Positions 11,165 through 31,877 of a DNA stretch of 64,000 nt are shown here, in pieces. The notes beneath the pieces were generated by a model. That model was given only the letters and a program-made list of their open reading frames with translations, had not been told where the DNA came from and did not search any database. How positions within the stretch are numbered: position 1 is the stretch's first letter; every line of letters starts with the position of its first letter. A program made the translations under genes and the position numbers. Origin of the DNA: Eledone cirrhosa (lineage: Eukaryota); NCBI GenBank assembly GCA_964016885.1, contig OZ024741.1, positions 326,616,001-326,680,000 of the forward strand, written 5' to 3'.

Positions 11165-14100
11165 ATGCCTACTAAAACAAAAACAGACTCCACTCTCATC
11201 AGCATCAATCAAGAGATACTCCAAGAACTACAAAAAATTAACTCTAATTTGTCAATACTCACCAACAAACTAAACTCTACAAGTGAAGGAAACAATCCCC
11301 AAATACACATCCTATGAAATCAACGACAATATCAATAACTTATGTGAAACAATAAAAACACACCTGAATAACAACACAAACTCTATTGAAACGAACTAAA
11401 ATACACATGACACTAATACACTTACACCTTACCAAATAAAAAACAAATTAATACCACAATGGTACACATCTCTTAATAACAGGAAACTCTCCTTTTGGAA
11501 GATGATACAAAACAACAACAAAGCGGAGATCTATGGAAAATGGATTAACTCTTCCCCATTAATCATCCCCCGAAAACTACAAATTAAATCCATCCTAAAC
11601 GAACCAGAGACAAAAAGACACCTCAGGGAAAGAATGGCACTTGATAACATAAAAACCGAATTTGAACTCCTTAAATTGAGAGCCCAATCAAATGAAGATA
11701 GGATCAAATCAATCGATGATGAGATTAATATAGCAATTATCAATACAACCAAAGACACCACCCTAGAAAATATTTAGAAATTATGGTTAGAGGACTATAA
11801 TAAGGAAGAATTAAAATCCCTTCAACGCTGGGAAATAAACGAAACCTGGTTCTCTAACTATGAAACACTTTTCCAAAAAGAACACGCATCCAAGAACCCC
11901 TTCATTAAAACCTTAATAACAAGAAAACTCAATCAACACCCAAACAACACAAAACAACCAACAACAACAAAAAAACAATACCACCCCACATACCAACAAA
12001 ATAAGGTATCAACTCGCCCCTACCTCCTACACCCTCCACACAACTATCACACGGACTACCAAGCAACAAATATAGTAATAGAGAAACATAAGCTACAAGA
12101 TAGACACTACAACTTCTCTCCTAACAGGAGAAACAATAAAACACCCCACACTTACAGCCCCCCCCCCCTAACATCCACACACAACAAACCCACAACCATC
12201 ATTACTTCCAACATAGAACCCAAAATACACAACTACCACACATGTCACACAGGGCCTCACAACCACACACCAGCTATAAGGAAACCCTATTCTACCCTCC
12301 CCCACTTACCACACCCTACTAAAACAACACCAGCAGGGGACAATCCAACCACACCAGACACCCTAACCCCTACAACCACCATAAGTACACACCATATCAC
12401 AGCAACAACAGGACTCAATATGAACACACAAGACAACTCTACTACAACTACCACCAAGTCTACAAACCCTACAACAACAGCAGTGCTCAACACAACCACA
12501 CGTTACAACCCAACTTCAACAACCACCACAACTTCACACCATCTTACAACAACAGCAGGAGCCAATACAACTATAAGAGACATCCAAACTTCAACAGCCA
12601 TCACAACTTCCGTAATCATTTTTTAGACACAGCACACAGACACAGGATTACAAGATAACACAAAACACACAGGAGACACAAAATGCAATACAAATTTGTC
12701 AATTTAACCTCCAAAGAATTAACAGATCAAATCAACATACTCTCCAAAGGTCTAACATTTACACAAACTCCCCAACAACAAAACTACCCCAAAATGAAGG
12801 AAGATATTGCAGAATTCTGTAGAAAACCAAGACTCAGCGAACAACTATACAACAAATACAATGAGGATGACTCAATAGCCAGAAATAGAAGCAACTACAC
12901 CCAACCAAAAGGCAAGAATAAATTCCTCGATTAATTCTGCGAACACATTACTAATTACCCATACCACCACCTACATAGACATAAACAAAAACCAAACCTA
13001 AGCAAAAGAGAATGGAATGGTTTTAACAGTCTAAAAAGCGACAAAACCCTAACAATCAAAGAGGCAGATAAAGGGAGTGCAGTAGTCCTTATGGAGACAT
13101 ATTATTACACAACTCTAGTACTCTCAACTCTAGAAAACTAAACATATTATGAAAAGGCCCAACACTACACACAACAGAAAATAATGAGAAACCTAAAATC
13201 ACTAACAACCCTTTACAAAGAGGGCCTTACAGACAAGGAATACAACTACATCACCAATTTCAAAAGCAGAACCAGCCTCTTCTACGGTATCCCCAATACA
13301 CACAAAAGCGAAGTAATAGGCAGGGCCTGCAAGCAAGCCACAGACGTTTACATCAATATAGCTCCTCCTGATGACCTTAAATTAAGACCCATAATAGCAG
13401 GCACCATCTGTGAAACCCATCGCCTAAGCCACTTCCTAGATATTCAGCGTAAACCTTTCCTAAAACATAAAAAGCTTCATAAGGGACGACCTTGACATGC
13501 TCAACCACCTTTCAACAACACTCAATAACAAACATACCCTACTAGTAACTTTTGATGTCATCAATTTATATTCCAATATCTCACACAACCTAGGTATAGA
13601 GGCAATACTATTCTGGGTGGAAAATTTCCCTAGTGAACTTCCACAGCACATCCCTAAAGAATTTGTGTTGGAGGGACTCAAATTCATCTTGGAAAACAAT
13701 TTCTTCGAATTCAATGCCAAATATTACAGACAGAAATCTGGGACTGCCATGGGCACGAAAGTGGCCCCCTCATATCATGGGATATTTGGCAACCATTCTC
13801 TACCGAAAAGTTCTAGACAAATATGGCAACCACTTCTACCAACACAGAGAAAAGAACTGTAAGAGATATCTGGACGACTGCTTCATCCTCTGACATGAAA
13901 GTATAGATAGACTGTTTGAGTTCAAAACCCTTCTGAATGAGCTCAACACTAACGTACAATTCACAATGGATTGCAGCCATGAACAACTCCCTTTCCTCGA
14001 CATCCTCATCAAGAAAACAAGCAACAAAATAGAAACAGACATATACTACAAACCCACAGACTCCAAACAATGCCTTCCATTCAACTCGTGTCACCCTAGA

Positions 14101-14941
14101 CACACCAAAATGGCAATTCCTTATAACCTAGCCAGAAGGATCTGCACAATAGTTTCAGATAAATACACATGCTACACACGACTAGAAGAATTAAAAAACA
14201 CACTTATCAGCAGAAACTACCCACCATCCCCAATAACCAATGGATTCCAACGTGCCCTAAAACTAGACATCCAAGAGTTCAGACACCCCAAACCTAGGAG
14301 TGTACCGCAACAAAAAGCTCTACCATACATCTCCACACACAACTCCCTCAACAATGAGGTATTCGACACCATCCTCCAGAACATTCCTTTACTTAAAAGA
14401 GACCCAAGAATGAACAATATCCTCCAAACACACACCATCATAAAGAGCAAAAGACAACCCAAATCCATAAAAAACATCCTCACACAAGCCAAAATCGAAC
14501 AAACCCTCACAATAAACCCTACAGTAACAAAATGCGGAAGGCCCAACTGTGGCATATGCATAAATCTAATAGAAGATTCAACATTCCATTTAAACAAGGA
14601 CAACGTTTCACAGTTAAACACAACTTTACATGTGCATCTGAAAACCTTATCTATGTTTTGACCTGCTCAGGTTGTCAAGAGCACTACATAGGGCAGACAA
14701 AAAACAGCCTCCGTCAACGAATGACCGGCCATAAATCACAAATTAAAATACAGGAATACAGAAAGATTGCATTTAGTGAACATATCGCCAATTGTGCTCT
14801 CAACCAACATCCAAACTTTAAAATTTTCCCATTTACAAATTCATAGACAACGCTATTTTCATCCAACGTACCAATAAGGAAACACATTACATTAATAAAT
14901 TTCAACCACTACTCAATACCCTAAGAATCGGACCAATCTAA
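11165..14941 (+). pseudogene. PLE ORF1 (helical domain + N/H/Y/Q-rich tail) and RT-GIY-YIG polyprotein, decayed
   Basis: KEADKGS, LRPII, FDVINLYSNI, QKSGTAMGT, RYLDD, PFLD, YYKPTD, CGRPNCGIC linker, LIYVLTC...YIGQT; many stops and frameshifts. Confidence 0.9.
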
Positions 14942-15598
14942 AACCGCAACAACCGATCAAACATTTACAAGAGTTACCTACCTCACACCCTACCTAATCC
15001 TTTTTCTTAAATAAATTAAATATCACCCAGCATGAATTGCTTCCCCCTGCATATTAACTCTCTAAAAAGGGAAATCATATCAAACCACAGTCCACCATTT
15101 GCCTCCTACACGGAACCATGGTTCAACTAAGCACTCTTGCGATATTAACACATTTTGAACTGCTTAACTTCAATGACTGTGCTTGTAAATAACATTATTT
15201 TTTCTCCCACATTGACTTTTTACGTTCCACATTATGCACGTTTTTTTTTTCCTTTTTCTTTTTTCTTTTCACTTCTTAACTCTTGTTCGTATATAACATT
15301 ATTCTTTCTGCACCTTCTGTTTAACATGTGCGACACCACACTAATACATTTCACTATAATTTGATAATGCATATAAATGAAGAAACCGGTAATAGACAAT
15401 AATTAAATATATAAACAGATAAATAAATGCCAATGTTAAATAATAAATAAATCAACAAATACCTTAACACTTCACACAAAGTAAAACATTTCGTTTTAAT
15501 CATATTCTAACCCAGAAAAGAGAGAGAGAGAGAGAGACAAAAAAAAAGGAAAGAAATATATATTTCTTCCTCATAATCGTCTCTTTCTCCCTGTTTTC

Positions 15599-15630
<32 letters not shown>

Positions 15631-17622
15631 CACAACTTCCCTTACCAACAATTGCACAGACAAAAACACAAGCCAAACCTCAACAAGAAAGAATGGGAAG
15701 AATTAAATAGATTAAAAACCGACAGAACCATTACAATTAAAGATGCTGATAAAGGGAGTACAGTAGTCCTAATGGAGACAGAATTCTATATCAACTTAGT
15801 GCTCTCCACTTTGGAAAACGAAACATACTACGAAAAGGCTGAACACTACAATCAACAGAAAATTATGAGAAACCTAAAAACTCTAATCAACCAATACAAA
15901 GAAGGACTCACTAACAAGGAATTCAGCTTCATCACAGATTTCACAAGTAAATCCAGCCTTTTCTACGGTATCCCTAAAGTACATAAAAGCGAATCAATAA
16001 GTAAGGCATGCAAGGAAGCCACAGACATAGTCATCAATGTCCCCTCACCCAATGATCTCAAATTAAGACCTATAATAGCAGGCCCCGCTTGCGAAACGCA
16101 CCGTCTTAGCAACTTCATTGATACCCTTCTCAAACCCTTCCTCAAGCACATCAAAAACTATATAAGGGACGACCTAGATATGCTCAATCACCTCCCTAAT
16201 ATGCCACTTTCTGAACAAACCCTACTAGTGACGTTCGATGTAGTCAACCTATACTCAAACATCCCCCACAACCTAGGAATAGAAGCTATCCAATTCTGGC
16301 TGGATAATTTCCACAATGAACTCCCACAACGCATCAAAAAAGAATTCGTGATAGAGGGACTCAAATTTATCCTGGAGAACAATTACTTCGTTTTCAAAAA
16401 CAAACCCTACAGGCTGAAATCTGGGACCGCTATGGGAACGAAAACAGCCCCCACTTATGCCAACCTAGTTATGGGATACCTGGAAATCACCCTCTACACT
16501 AAAGACCTAAACAAATTTGGAAACACCCTCCACTTACACATTGAAAGGAACTGGAAGCGATATCTAGATGACTGCTTCATCCTTTGGCACGAAAACATCG
16601 AAAAACTTAAAGAATTTCACACCCTTATAAATGGGATCAACACAAATATTAACTTCACGATGGAATACAGCCATCAACAACTCCCCTTCCTCGACATCCT
16701 CATTAAGATCCATAACAAAAAAATAGAAACAGACATATACTACAAGCCCACAGACTCCAAGCAATATCTCCCCTTCAACTCATGCCACCCTAGACACGTT
16801 AAAATTAATATTCCCTACAACTTAGCCAAGAGAATCTGTACTATAGTCTCCAATAAAAACATCTGCTAAATACGGCTACAAGAACTAAAGGACACACTCA
16901 TAGGCAGGGACTACCCTGCATCACTAATTGACAATGGAATCCAACGTGCCCTAAAACTCAGTACCCAGGACCTTAGACACCCTAAAGTAAATCAACCAAA
17001 ACTAAAAGCTCTTCCATACATCTCCACACACAACCCCCTCAACAATGAGGCCTTTGACACCACCCTCCAGAACATCCCTGTATTGAAAAAGGACCATAGA
17101 ATGAACCAAATTCTACGAACACACGATATCACGAAGAGCAAAAGACAATCCAAGTCAATGAAAAACATCTTAACACATGCCAAAGTACTGCCAACAACAA
17201 CAACGAAACCCACAGTAAAAAAATGCGATAAACCCAACTGAGGCATTTGCATCAACCTAATAGAGGGTTCGGAATTCTATTTCAAAGATGGACAATGTTT
17301 TATAGTAAAACACAATTTCACATGTGCATCGGAAAATCTAATATATGTATTAACTTTTTCAGGTTGTCGAGAACAATACATAGGCCAGACCAAAAACAGC
17401 CTCCGCCAACGCATGACTGTCCATAGATCCCAAATCAAAATACGGGAATACAGGAAAATACCACTGAGTGAACACATTGATACCTGTGCCGCCCAAAATC
17501 ATCCCAACTTCAGAATCTTTCCCCTCTACGAATTTAAAGATAATGCCACCCACACCCAGCGCATCAGCAAGGAATCTTACTTCATTAACAAATACGGACC
17601 CCGTCTAAACACTTCTCCCTAA
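15631..17622 (+). pseudogene. PLE reverse transcriptase + GIY-YIG endonuclease, one frame with two in-frame stops
   Basis: ADKGS, FDVVNLYSNI, GTAMGTKTAPTYANL, WKRYLDD, LIYVLT...YIGQT; TAA at 16867 and TGA at 17239; no frameshift. Confidence 0.92.
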
Positions 17623-17772
17623 GACGAACCCACAACATACACACGTCAACATACATACCTACATCAGCACAGATCTCTACCCACATATAAACACAATGAC
17701 ATACGTAAACACACATGCTCTATGGTGCAACACAAAAAAATATATGTGCATATATATATGTATATATCTATA

Positions 17773-17808
<36 letters not shown>

Positions 17809-18154
17809 GTGAATATGTGTGTGTGTATATATATATATAGTGAATATCATTTCACACCTTTTTTTGTTAAGATTTTTGATGTTCTAATAAGAGAACCGAT
17901 TTTACTGAAAAAATCGAATAATGTACACCATTTTACCAGAGGGAAAAAAATACTGCCCCCCCCCCCCCCACGCACACACACACACACACACATACACACG
18001 CGTACATCAACATACAAAGAGACTTATATATACACACACACGCACTTCTCCGTATAAGACAAAAGCTGAAAAATTCCTTTTGACATACTAAAATACCCCC
18101 CATTGCTTTCAGACACATTCTTACTGACCATCCCTGCCACCACGAATTACTCTG

Positions 18155-18194
<40 letters not shown>

Positions 18195-18266
18195 ATCTTA
18201 ATAGCCATTTGACACACATCGCTGCTAACCATTATCACAACATCGAACACCTTACTACTACTACTA

Positions 18267-18320
<54 letters not shown>

Positions 18321-18625
18321 TTGTCGTGAAAGAGTCATTTCTCAATCTTGGCGCAAAACCAATTTTTTTATTCACATGACCTATACCGACCAATCAAAAT
18401 TGTTTTGACCACAAGAATTTTTGCTGGAGCCACTTTTTTAACATAAAAACAGTGTTGGCGCAAAATCAATTTTTTACATTCACATGACCTCTACCGACCA
18501 ATCAAAATTGTTTTGACCACAAGAATTTTTGCAAATTGGAGCCACTTTTTTAACATAAAAACAGGTAGAATTCCCAAAACTAATCAGATCAGAGCAAACA
18601 ACACGGACACTCTATCTCAAAATTA

Positions 18626-18662
18626 TTTTTGAAAAGCATTTAGAAATGCGCAACCGGTAAAA
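18626..18662 (+). ncRNA. Degenerate U3-A8 hammerhead motif in the family-B 3' region
   Basis: TTT-TTGAAAA-GCATT(TAGA)AATGC-GCAA-CCGG-TA-AAA; GAAA altered to GCAA; positionally homologous to the motifs at 28636 and 50504. Confidence 0.5.
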
Positions 18663-18791
18663 ACTTAAAAACTTAAAACCACAACTGAATACTAACCCAT
18701 ACAATCACTAATACTCTTTTATTCCTAATTAAACCATTTTTCAACTGTGAACAATTTGTCAGCATGTTCTATTCCGTTTACCAATATATAT

Positions 18792-18842
<51 letters not shown>

Positions 18843-18878
18843 CGTTTCTGAATTGGCAACATGACCCTCCCAAAGTAT

Positions 18879-18938
<60 letters not shown>

Positions 18939-19255
18939 AAATATCCATCTATCTATCTACCTATCTATCTATCTCTCTATCTCTCTATCTCTCTCTATAT
19001 ATAGTGGTGGAACACTCGAAGGTAATATTCGTAGTGGCAGAGCACTCAATCCATGGGACGAGTTAGGTAGAAGTTGTTACAAAACAGTTAGTTCACCACA
19101 CCGAGAACAATTGTTTCACCTTAGCGTATCCCCAGCTCGTAATGGACAGGGTTATACGGAACCGGCCTGTTCCGTATAACCATGTCCATTACGAGCTATG
19201 AATCCGCTAAGGTGAACCAATTTTTCTCGGTATGGTGAACTAACTGTTGTGTAAG

Positions 19256-19532
<277 letters not shown>

Positions 19533-19607
19533 TAGTGTAAATATTGATGCAATTCAATTCAAGCACTCAACGTACTTTTTCCACATAGGAGTGACGTAGT
19601 AAATATC

Positions 19608-20676
19608 GAATAAGGAAAAGCGAAGTAGTTTCAGATGTTCAAGTCCTTTAATAATAATGCTGTGATACATATTTCAATGATGACACTGGCCACACTGATC
19701 TGTGTGCGAGTGTCGTGTCATTATCAGACAGCTTGTTACATAATAAGGTTATGTTTCCGAGGCAATCCAAATTGAATCAACATGGGAACGGATGAAGTTC
19801 GTGCTTTTGGGTTTTTCATCCGTTCCCTTGTGAATACCAATTCACCCCCACCGGTCTGCGCAAGCGCATGTCCGAAGGAAGTTGACCATTAGCCACCGCA
19901 GATTTCAACGAAATTCGCTGTCATTTCACCCTCTCAGCCAAAACAATGGCCCACCTATGCCCTACCAAAGTTTACTGCTACCCATCACAACTGTGGCAGT
20001 CAGCCGAAAGCCAGAGGGGATGGGAGGGTGTTAGTTTTTATAGGTCATAATACTACCTTTCACTAAGCGTTGGCAGCAAGACTGACCATCAACTCATAAG
20101 GGAAAATAAACTTAATTCTAGGTACCATGGTTTTACATTTGAAGTTAAGAGTGAGAGTTGGAAATAAAAATTAAAAATTAAAATCCTGAATCAAATATCA
20201 GAGATTATAAATTAAACAATTCAAAATTCGAAATTCAAAAATGTTTCAAGTGATAATTCGGATTGAGTAAAGATATAGATTGAAGTGAGTAAATAATATG
20301 GAGAGAGATGTTTAAGTAATAAGTTATGAGAGGGATTCTAGTGTCACAGTTACTCTATCCACATATTGAACGACAGTGCCGTACATTATAACGGAGGGCA
20401 AACTACAGGGTTCAAGGCATTAACAATCTGGTACACATTCATAATTTCCATCACATGGAACAAAATCAAAGAAAAACAGACATAAAGTACACAAAAGAAA
20501 AGAAAAGAACAGAACCAATAGTGAATAAATGCAAAAACCTTATTATGTAACAAGCTGTCTGATGATGACACGACACTCGCACACAGAACAGTGTGGCCAG
20601 TGTCGTCATTGAAATATGTATCACAGCATTATTATTAAAGGACTTGAACATCTGAAACTACTTCGCTTTTCCTTAT

Positions 20677-20678
<2 letters not shown>
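19608..20678. repeat. 143-bp inverted repeats (19608-19750 / 20536-20678), each holding a hammerhead; probable truncated PLE with inverted pLTR
   Basis: Arms are reverse complements with few mismatches; right arm ends at (TC)n(TA)n. Confidence 0.9.
20554..20627 (+). ncRNA. Intact-looking type I hammerhead ribozyme
   Basis: GCTGT-CTGATGA-TGAC..GACAC...GTGTC-GTCA-TT-GAAA-TATGTA-TC-ACAGC; 5-bp stem I; predicted cleavage after C20622; mirror copy at 19659-19732 has CTGATAA. Confidence 0.8.
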
Positions 20679-20771
<93 letters not shown>

Positions 20772-20927
20772 TAAAATAACAGATTAAAGTTTAAGCAAAG
20801 AATCGCTGCTTTCACCCTTAACGGGATCTTCTGAAACTAACAAAGTCAATCTGTAAACGCAGAACTGGATATTTCAAAAAACGTTGCAACCGGAGGAAGA
20901 CAGGAAGACGATACTTTGGTTCATGGT

Positions 20928-21196
20928 GACGTTCGCTGGCAAAGAACGGGAAAAAACGAATAATACGTCATTAATAGGAGCGGTGAAAAACAATTACGTG
21001 CAAGGACAGAACCACGTTTTTGGTATAAAAGAGGTCGTAGACTAATGTTCTCTAAGTGGTGCATAGAGACGTTCTCTGGCAAAGAACGAAAAAACGAAGA
21101 TAATAAGTCATATGTGGAGCGTGGAGAACAATAGCGTGCAAAGACAAAACCACGTAAATGGTATAGCAGAAGTCGTAGACTAAAATTCTAACTAGG
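20928..21196. repeat. Diverged ~140-bp tandem duplication
   Basis: GACGTTC.CTGGCAAAGAACG...AACCACGT...GTCGTAGACTAA occurs at 20928 and 21068. Confidence 0.75.
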
Positions 21197-21460
21197 AGAC
21201 CGAATGAATCTCCGCTACAGAGTTAAGAACAAAGTAAATAAATACAATACAGAAGTAATAGGAACAAATAAATACATACACGCAAACAGATACGTACATA
21301 TATATATATATATATATTGATTATCCATTTATTTCGAGACTTGAAACCCTACAGTAAGGGAAATTACAGCAGGTACAGTGAACTTTTTAAAATTTATTTT
21401 AAAACCTTTTCTTATTTGCTAAACCTTGAGTGTATATATTTATATATATATATGTATTTA

Positions 21461-21603
<143 letters not shown>

Positions 21604-22959
21604 ATATATACATATATAGATAGATATACATACACAAAGTTATATGTGTTTATGTATATATCCTAATTAATATATTTCCGCCTACCACAATCCGTCTTCT
21701 ATTCTCACCTGGGGTCTTATTGTTTTCTTTTCTTAAAATTTAATATATGTTTATATATACATAGTAAAAGTACTATAATGCTATGTTCCATGTTAGTAGT
21801 GGTTGTTTACACTGGGGAGAGGAAATTATTTCACGTCTATTGCATGGTTTAATGCACAGTTCTCTCCCTTTTGTATATTGTCAGTTCGCTAATATAACAG
21901 AATATCAAACCTGTTGTTTACTTTATTTCTAATGAAATTCCATTCGTGACCGATGAAAATGCACCAATCAAGTCTTGAGGTTGATTCCCTCTCTATATCT
22001 CTTCTTCACTTCCATTTTCTGACTCCCATCCTTATGTGGAACATATCTGCTGTATTCTGACCTGAAGAGTAGATGGGTAGCGCCAGGTTTAGACATGCCT
22101 TTGAAATGCTTCATCTCAACAAGTTACGGGATCGCTAATAGAATAATATCCTACAAGTTTCAATTGATTGTGATAGTAAACGAGAAAATTTACTAATTTG
22201 TGAAATAACTAACTGACTGGTCTATTAAACAGAATACAAAGATCTTTAAATATGATGTGAAGTTTAAATTCAAATATAATCACATTAAGACAATTTTGTA
22301 TATGAGACCAGTGCGGTTTCAGACACTTTGGCATCAGAGAAATTCGGAATCTCTATTACTACATATCATACTCAAACTGCTCTGTTAGTGAGGTTGATTG
22401 CATCGATTTTCTCTTACTCTAAATATGGCATTCTGCCTATCCTAGAAATCATTATATTAATTATATTGTTTAATCACCAAAACGATTGATTTGTACACCT
22501 GGAATAACGTATAATCACGAATTACATATAATCTTTAAAAATTTATTCAGTCTTGACAAATTATTCATAATCCAGATAATTTAGTTTGTTTTCGTCCTCA
22601 CTATCTTTCTCACACTTAAGGTGGGCTCATCTCCAAATCAGAATAACTATAGATTATATGTAATCTATATAGTTCCCACGTCTCTCTGACAATTTGTCTG
22701 TTTCTCATATACACACTCTCATAGTCTGTCGCTCAATCCATTCTTTATCTCTCTCATTCTCTCTCACAATCTAGATAGTTGTATTTGCTTTACACTTTGT
22801 CTAAAATGATTGCGCTGACATTCAAGCCGTTTTCACACTATGTATTTTATTCTGACGTAGTATATCTTAGGCGACCATCTCATCTTAAGTAGTTCTCGTT
22901 ACCTTTTAAGATAGTAAAGCGTGTGGATGATTCGAGGGAGTTGTTATTTACAGTAAGTC

Positions 22960-23060
22960 AAGCATTTTATTTGACCCAAAAAACTGAAAGACAAAGTTGA
23001 TCTCGGTAGGATTAAGATTCACATTGAAATCAACGCTATATCGACTCCAATTAGCCGCCT
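22960..23060 (-). mobile_element. Decayed SINE fragment
   Basis: TTTTAT.TGACCC....A.TGAAAG.CAAAGTTGA.CTCGG...GCCGCC resembles an abundant cephalopod SINE (from memory); related pieces at 46130-46260 and 47913-48000. Confidence 0.4.
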
Positions 23061-23328
23061 TCGAGACTGATACATCGTAAGAATGAATTTTCAGCATAGC
23101 TCTACTGTTGATTCGCTAATGGAAACGTCTCTCGGAAATTCTGCAAGTTGGCAGAGTCCTCTGGACGTCGAACAGAATGCTTTGCCCTATAATTGCTTTT
23201 GGTGTTATGGTACTATACATGCAACATCTCTCAGAATGAATGGGTGTCCTTGAATCGACTACGCCCAGGAGTCGGCCGGTTCAATGCACCATGCAACACT
23301 AGACAGCTGCGTCAATGTACAGCTTAAA

Positions 23329-23631
23329 GAAGAAGAAGAAGAAGAAGAAGAAGAAGAAGAAGAAGAAGAAGAAGAAGAAGAAGAAGAAGAAGAAGAAGAA
23401 GAAGAAGAAGAAGAAGAAGAAGAAGAAGAAGAAGGGCAATCTTCACAATGGGCTCAGCTGATAGCTGGATCCGTCCTACACGCGACAGAAGGTGTTCGAT
23501 ATAAACCGACAAGTCAGCAATGCTTAGATACTGGATGAATGCGTGCAGAACGGTTTCCTCGCCCTTCACGCATCTCGGACAGGCCAGAAGAAGAAGAAGA
23601 AGAAGAAGAAGAAGAAGAAGAAAAAGAAGAA
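23329..23631 (+). repeat. Two (GAA)n tracts, probably 3' tails of non-LTR retroelement fragments
   Basis: Pure GAA repeats at 23329-23434 and ~23587-23631, each preceded by short unique GC-richer sequence. Confidence 0.7.
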
Positions 23632-23906
23632 GAGAGCTATAGTAAATATCACAACGCATTATATCCGACGCTATGCTAACACTACCTATCGACCAGCATA
23701 TATTACACACTGCAATATACAGAAATGACGTTAGTTTGAGGTGTGAATATTTTATAATTGGTCCAGTTATTAAGGAATGTCAACTATGTTAAACTTCATC
23801 AGAATCTTAATATTTTAATAGACAAATCACGCACAGTCAATATAAAATGTCTGAAATATTTGACAAATATCAATGGATTACTTAATACATACAACAAATA
23901 CATACA

Positions 23907-24028
23907 ATAAATGTAATCTGAGTTTTTCGAATATCAATAATAATATTCGATTCGTCTAAAGAGGCTGTTTGCATAATTACAAACACATCGAATACTATTA
24001 TTGATATTCGAAAAACTCAGATTACATT

Positions 24029-24031
<3 letters not shown>
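23907..24031. repeat. Fold-back inverted repeat (~45 bp arms; duplicate at 32185-32309)
   Basis: ATAAATGTAATCTGAGTTTTTCGAATATCAATAATA.TATTCGAT...reverse complement, ending at (TA)n. Confidence 0.9.
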
Positions 24032-31504
<7,473 letters not shown>

Positions 31505-31608
31505 ATATATATATATTGTTATACTTTGGGAGGGTCATGTTGCCAACAAATTCAGAAACGAAATATATATATATATATATATATATCAATGATATTAATA
31601 AATGGAAC

Positions 31609-31877
31609 TATATTTATAAAACCATATTTATTCTATTATATATATTACAAGGATACCAAAATTTGGTACGCTCTCATCAGATAAAATACAAAGTTTGTTA
31701 TATAAATATTTACATACCCAGGAATCAGACCTTAACGGTTCAAGAAACGTTAAGGTCTCATTCCTGGGTATGTCAAAATTTATAAAACAAACTTTGTATT
31801 TTATCTGATGAGAGCGTACCAAAGTTTTGGTATCCTTGAAATATATATAATAGAATAAATATGGTTTTATAAATATA
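31609..31877. repeat. 269-bp palindrome with a hammerhead in each arm (copy 1)
   Basis: Centre TTAACG.TT(CAAG)AAACGTTAA at ~31743; arms reverse-complementary. Confidence 0.95.
31799..31855 (+). ncRNA. Intact-looking minimal type I hammerhead ribozyme
   Basis: TTTTAT-CTGATGA-GAG..TACCAAA(GT)TTTGGTA..CTT-GAAA-TATATA-TA-ATAGAA; mirror copy at 31631-31686 has GTAA in place of GAAA. Confidence 0.75.

Larger units (their letters stand above)
15631..18785 (+). mobile_element. 5'-truncated Penelope-like element (family B) inserted in (TA)n
   Basis: RT-GIY-YIG frame followed by a ~1.15 kb 3' region with CA tracts, an internal ~107-bp tandem duplication (18350-18565) and a hammerhead remnant; ends in (TA)n. 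Confidence 0.9.

Noticed and set aside
12420-12626. Thr-rich mucin-like ORF
   Set aside because: Alternative frame of the A/C-rich PLE ORF1 tail; the frame ending in NHFLD is the one matched in family C
13891-13893. In-frame TGA in the family-A RT as possible recoding
   Set aside because: Aligns to Trp (TGG) in families B and C; ordinary nonsense mutation in a decayed copy
23284-23728. Poly-Glu, poly-Lys and poly-Leu ORFs
   Set aside because: Artefacts of (GAA)n tracts
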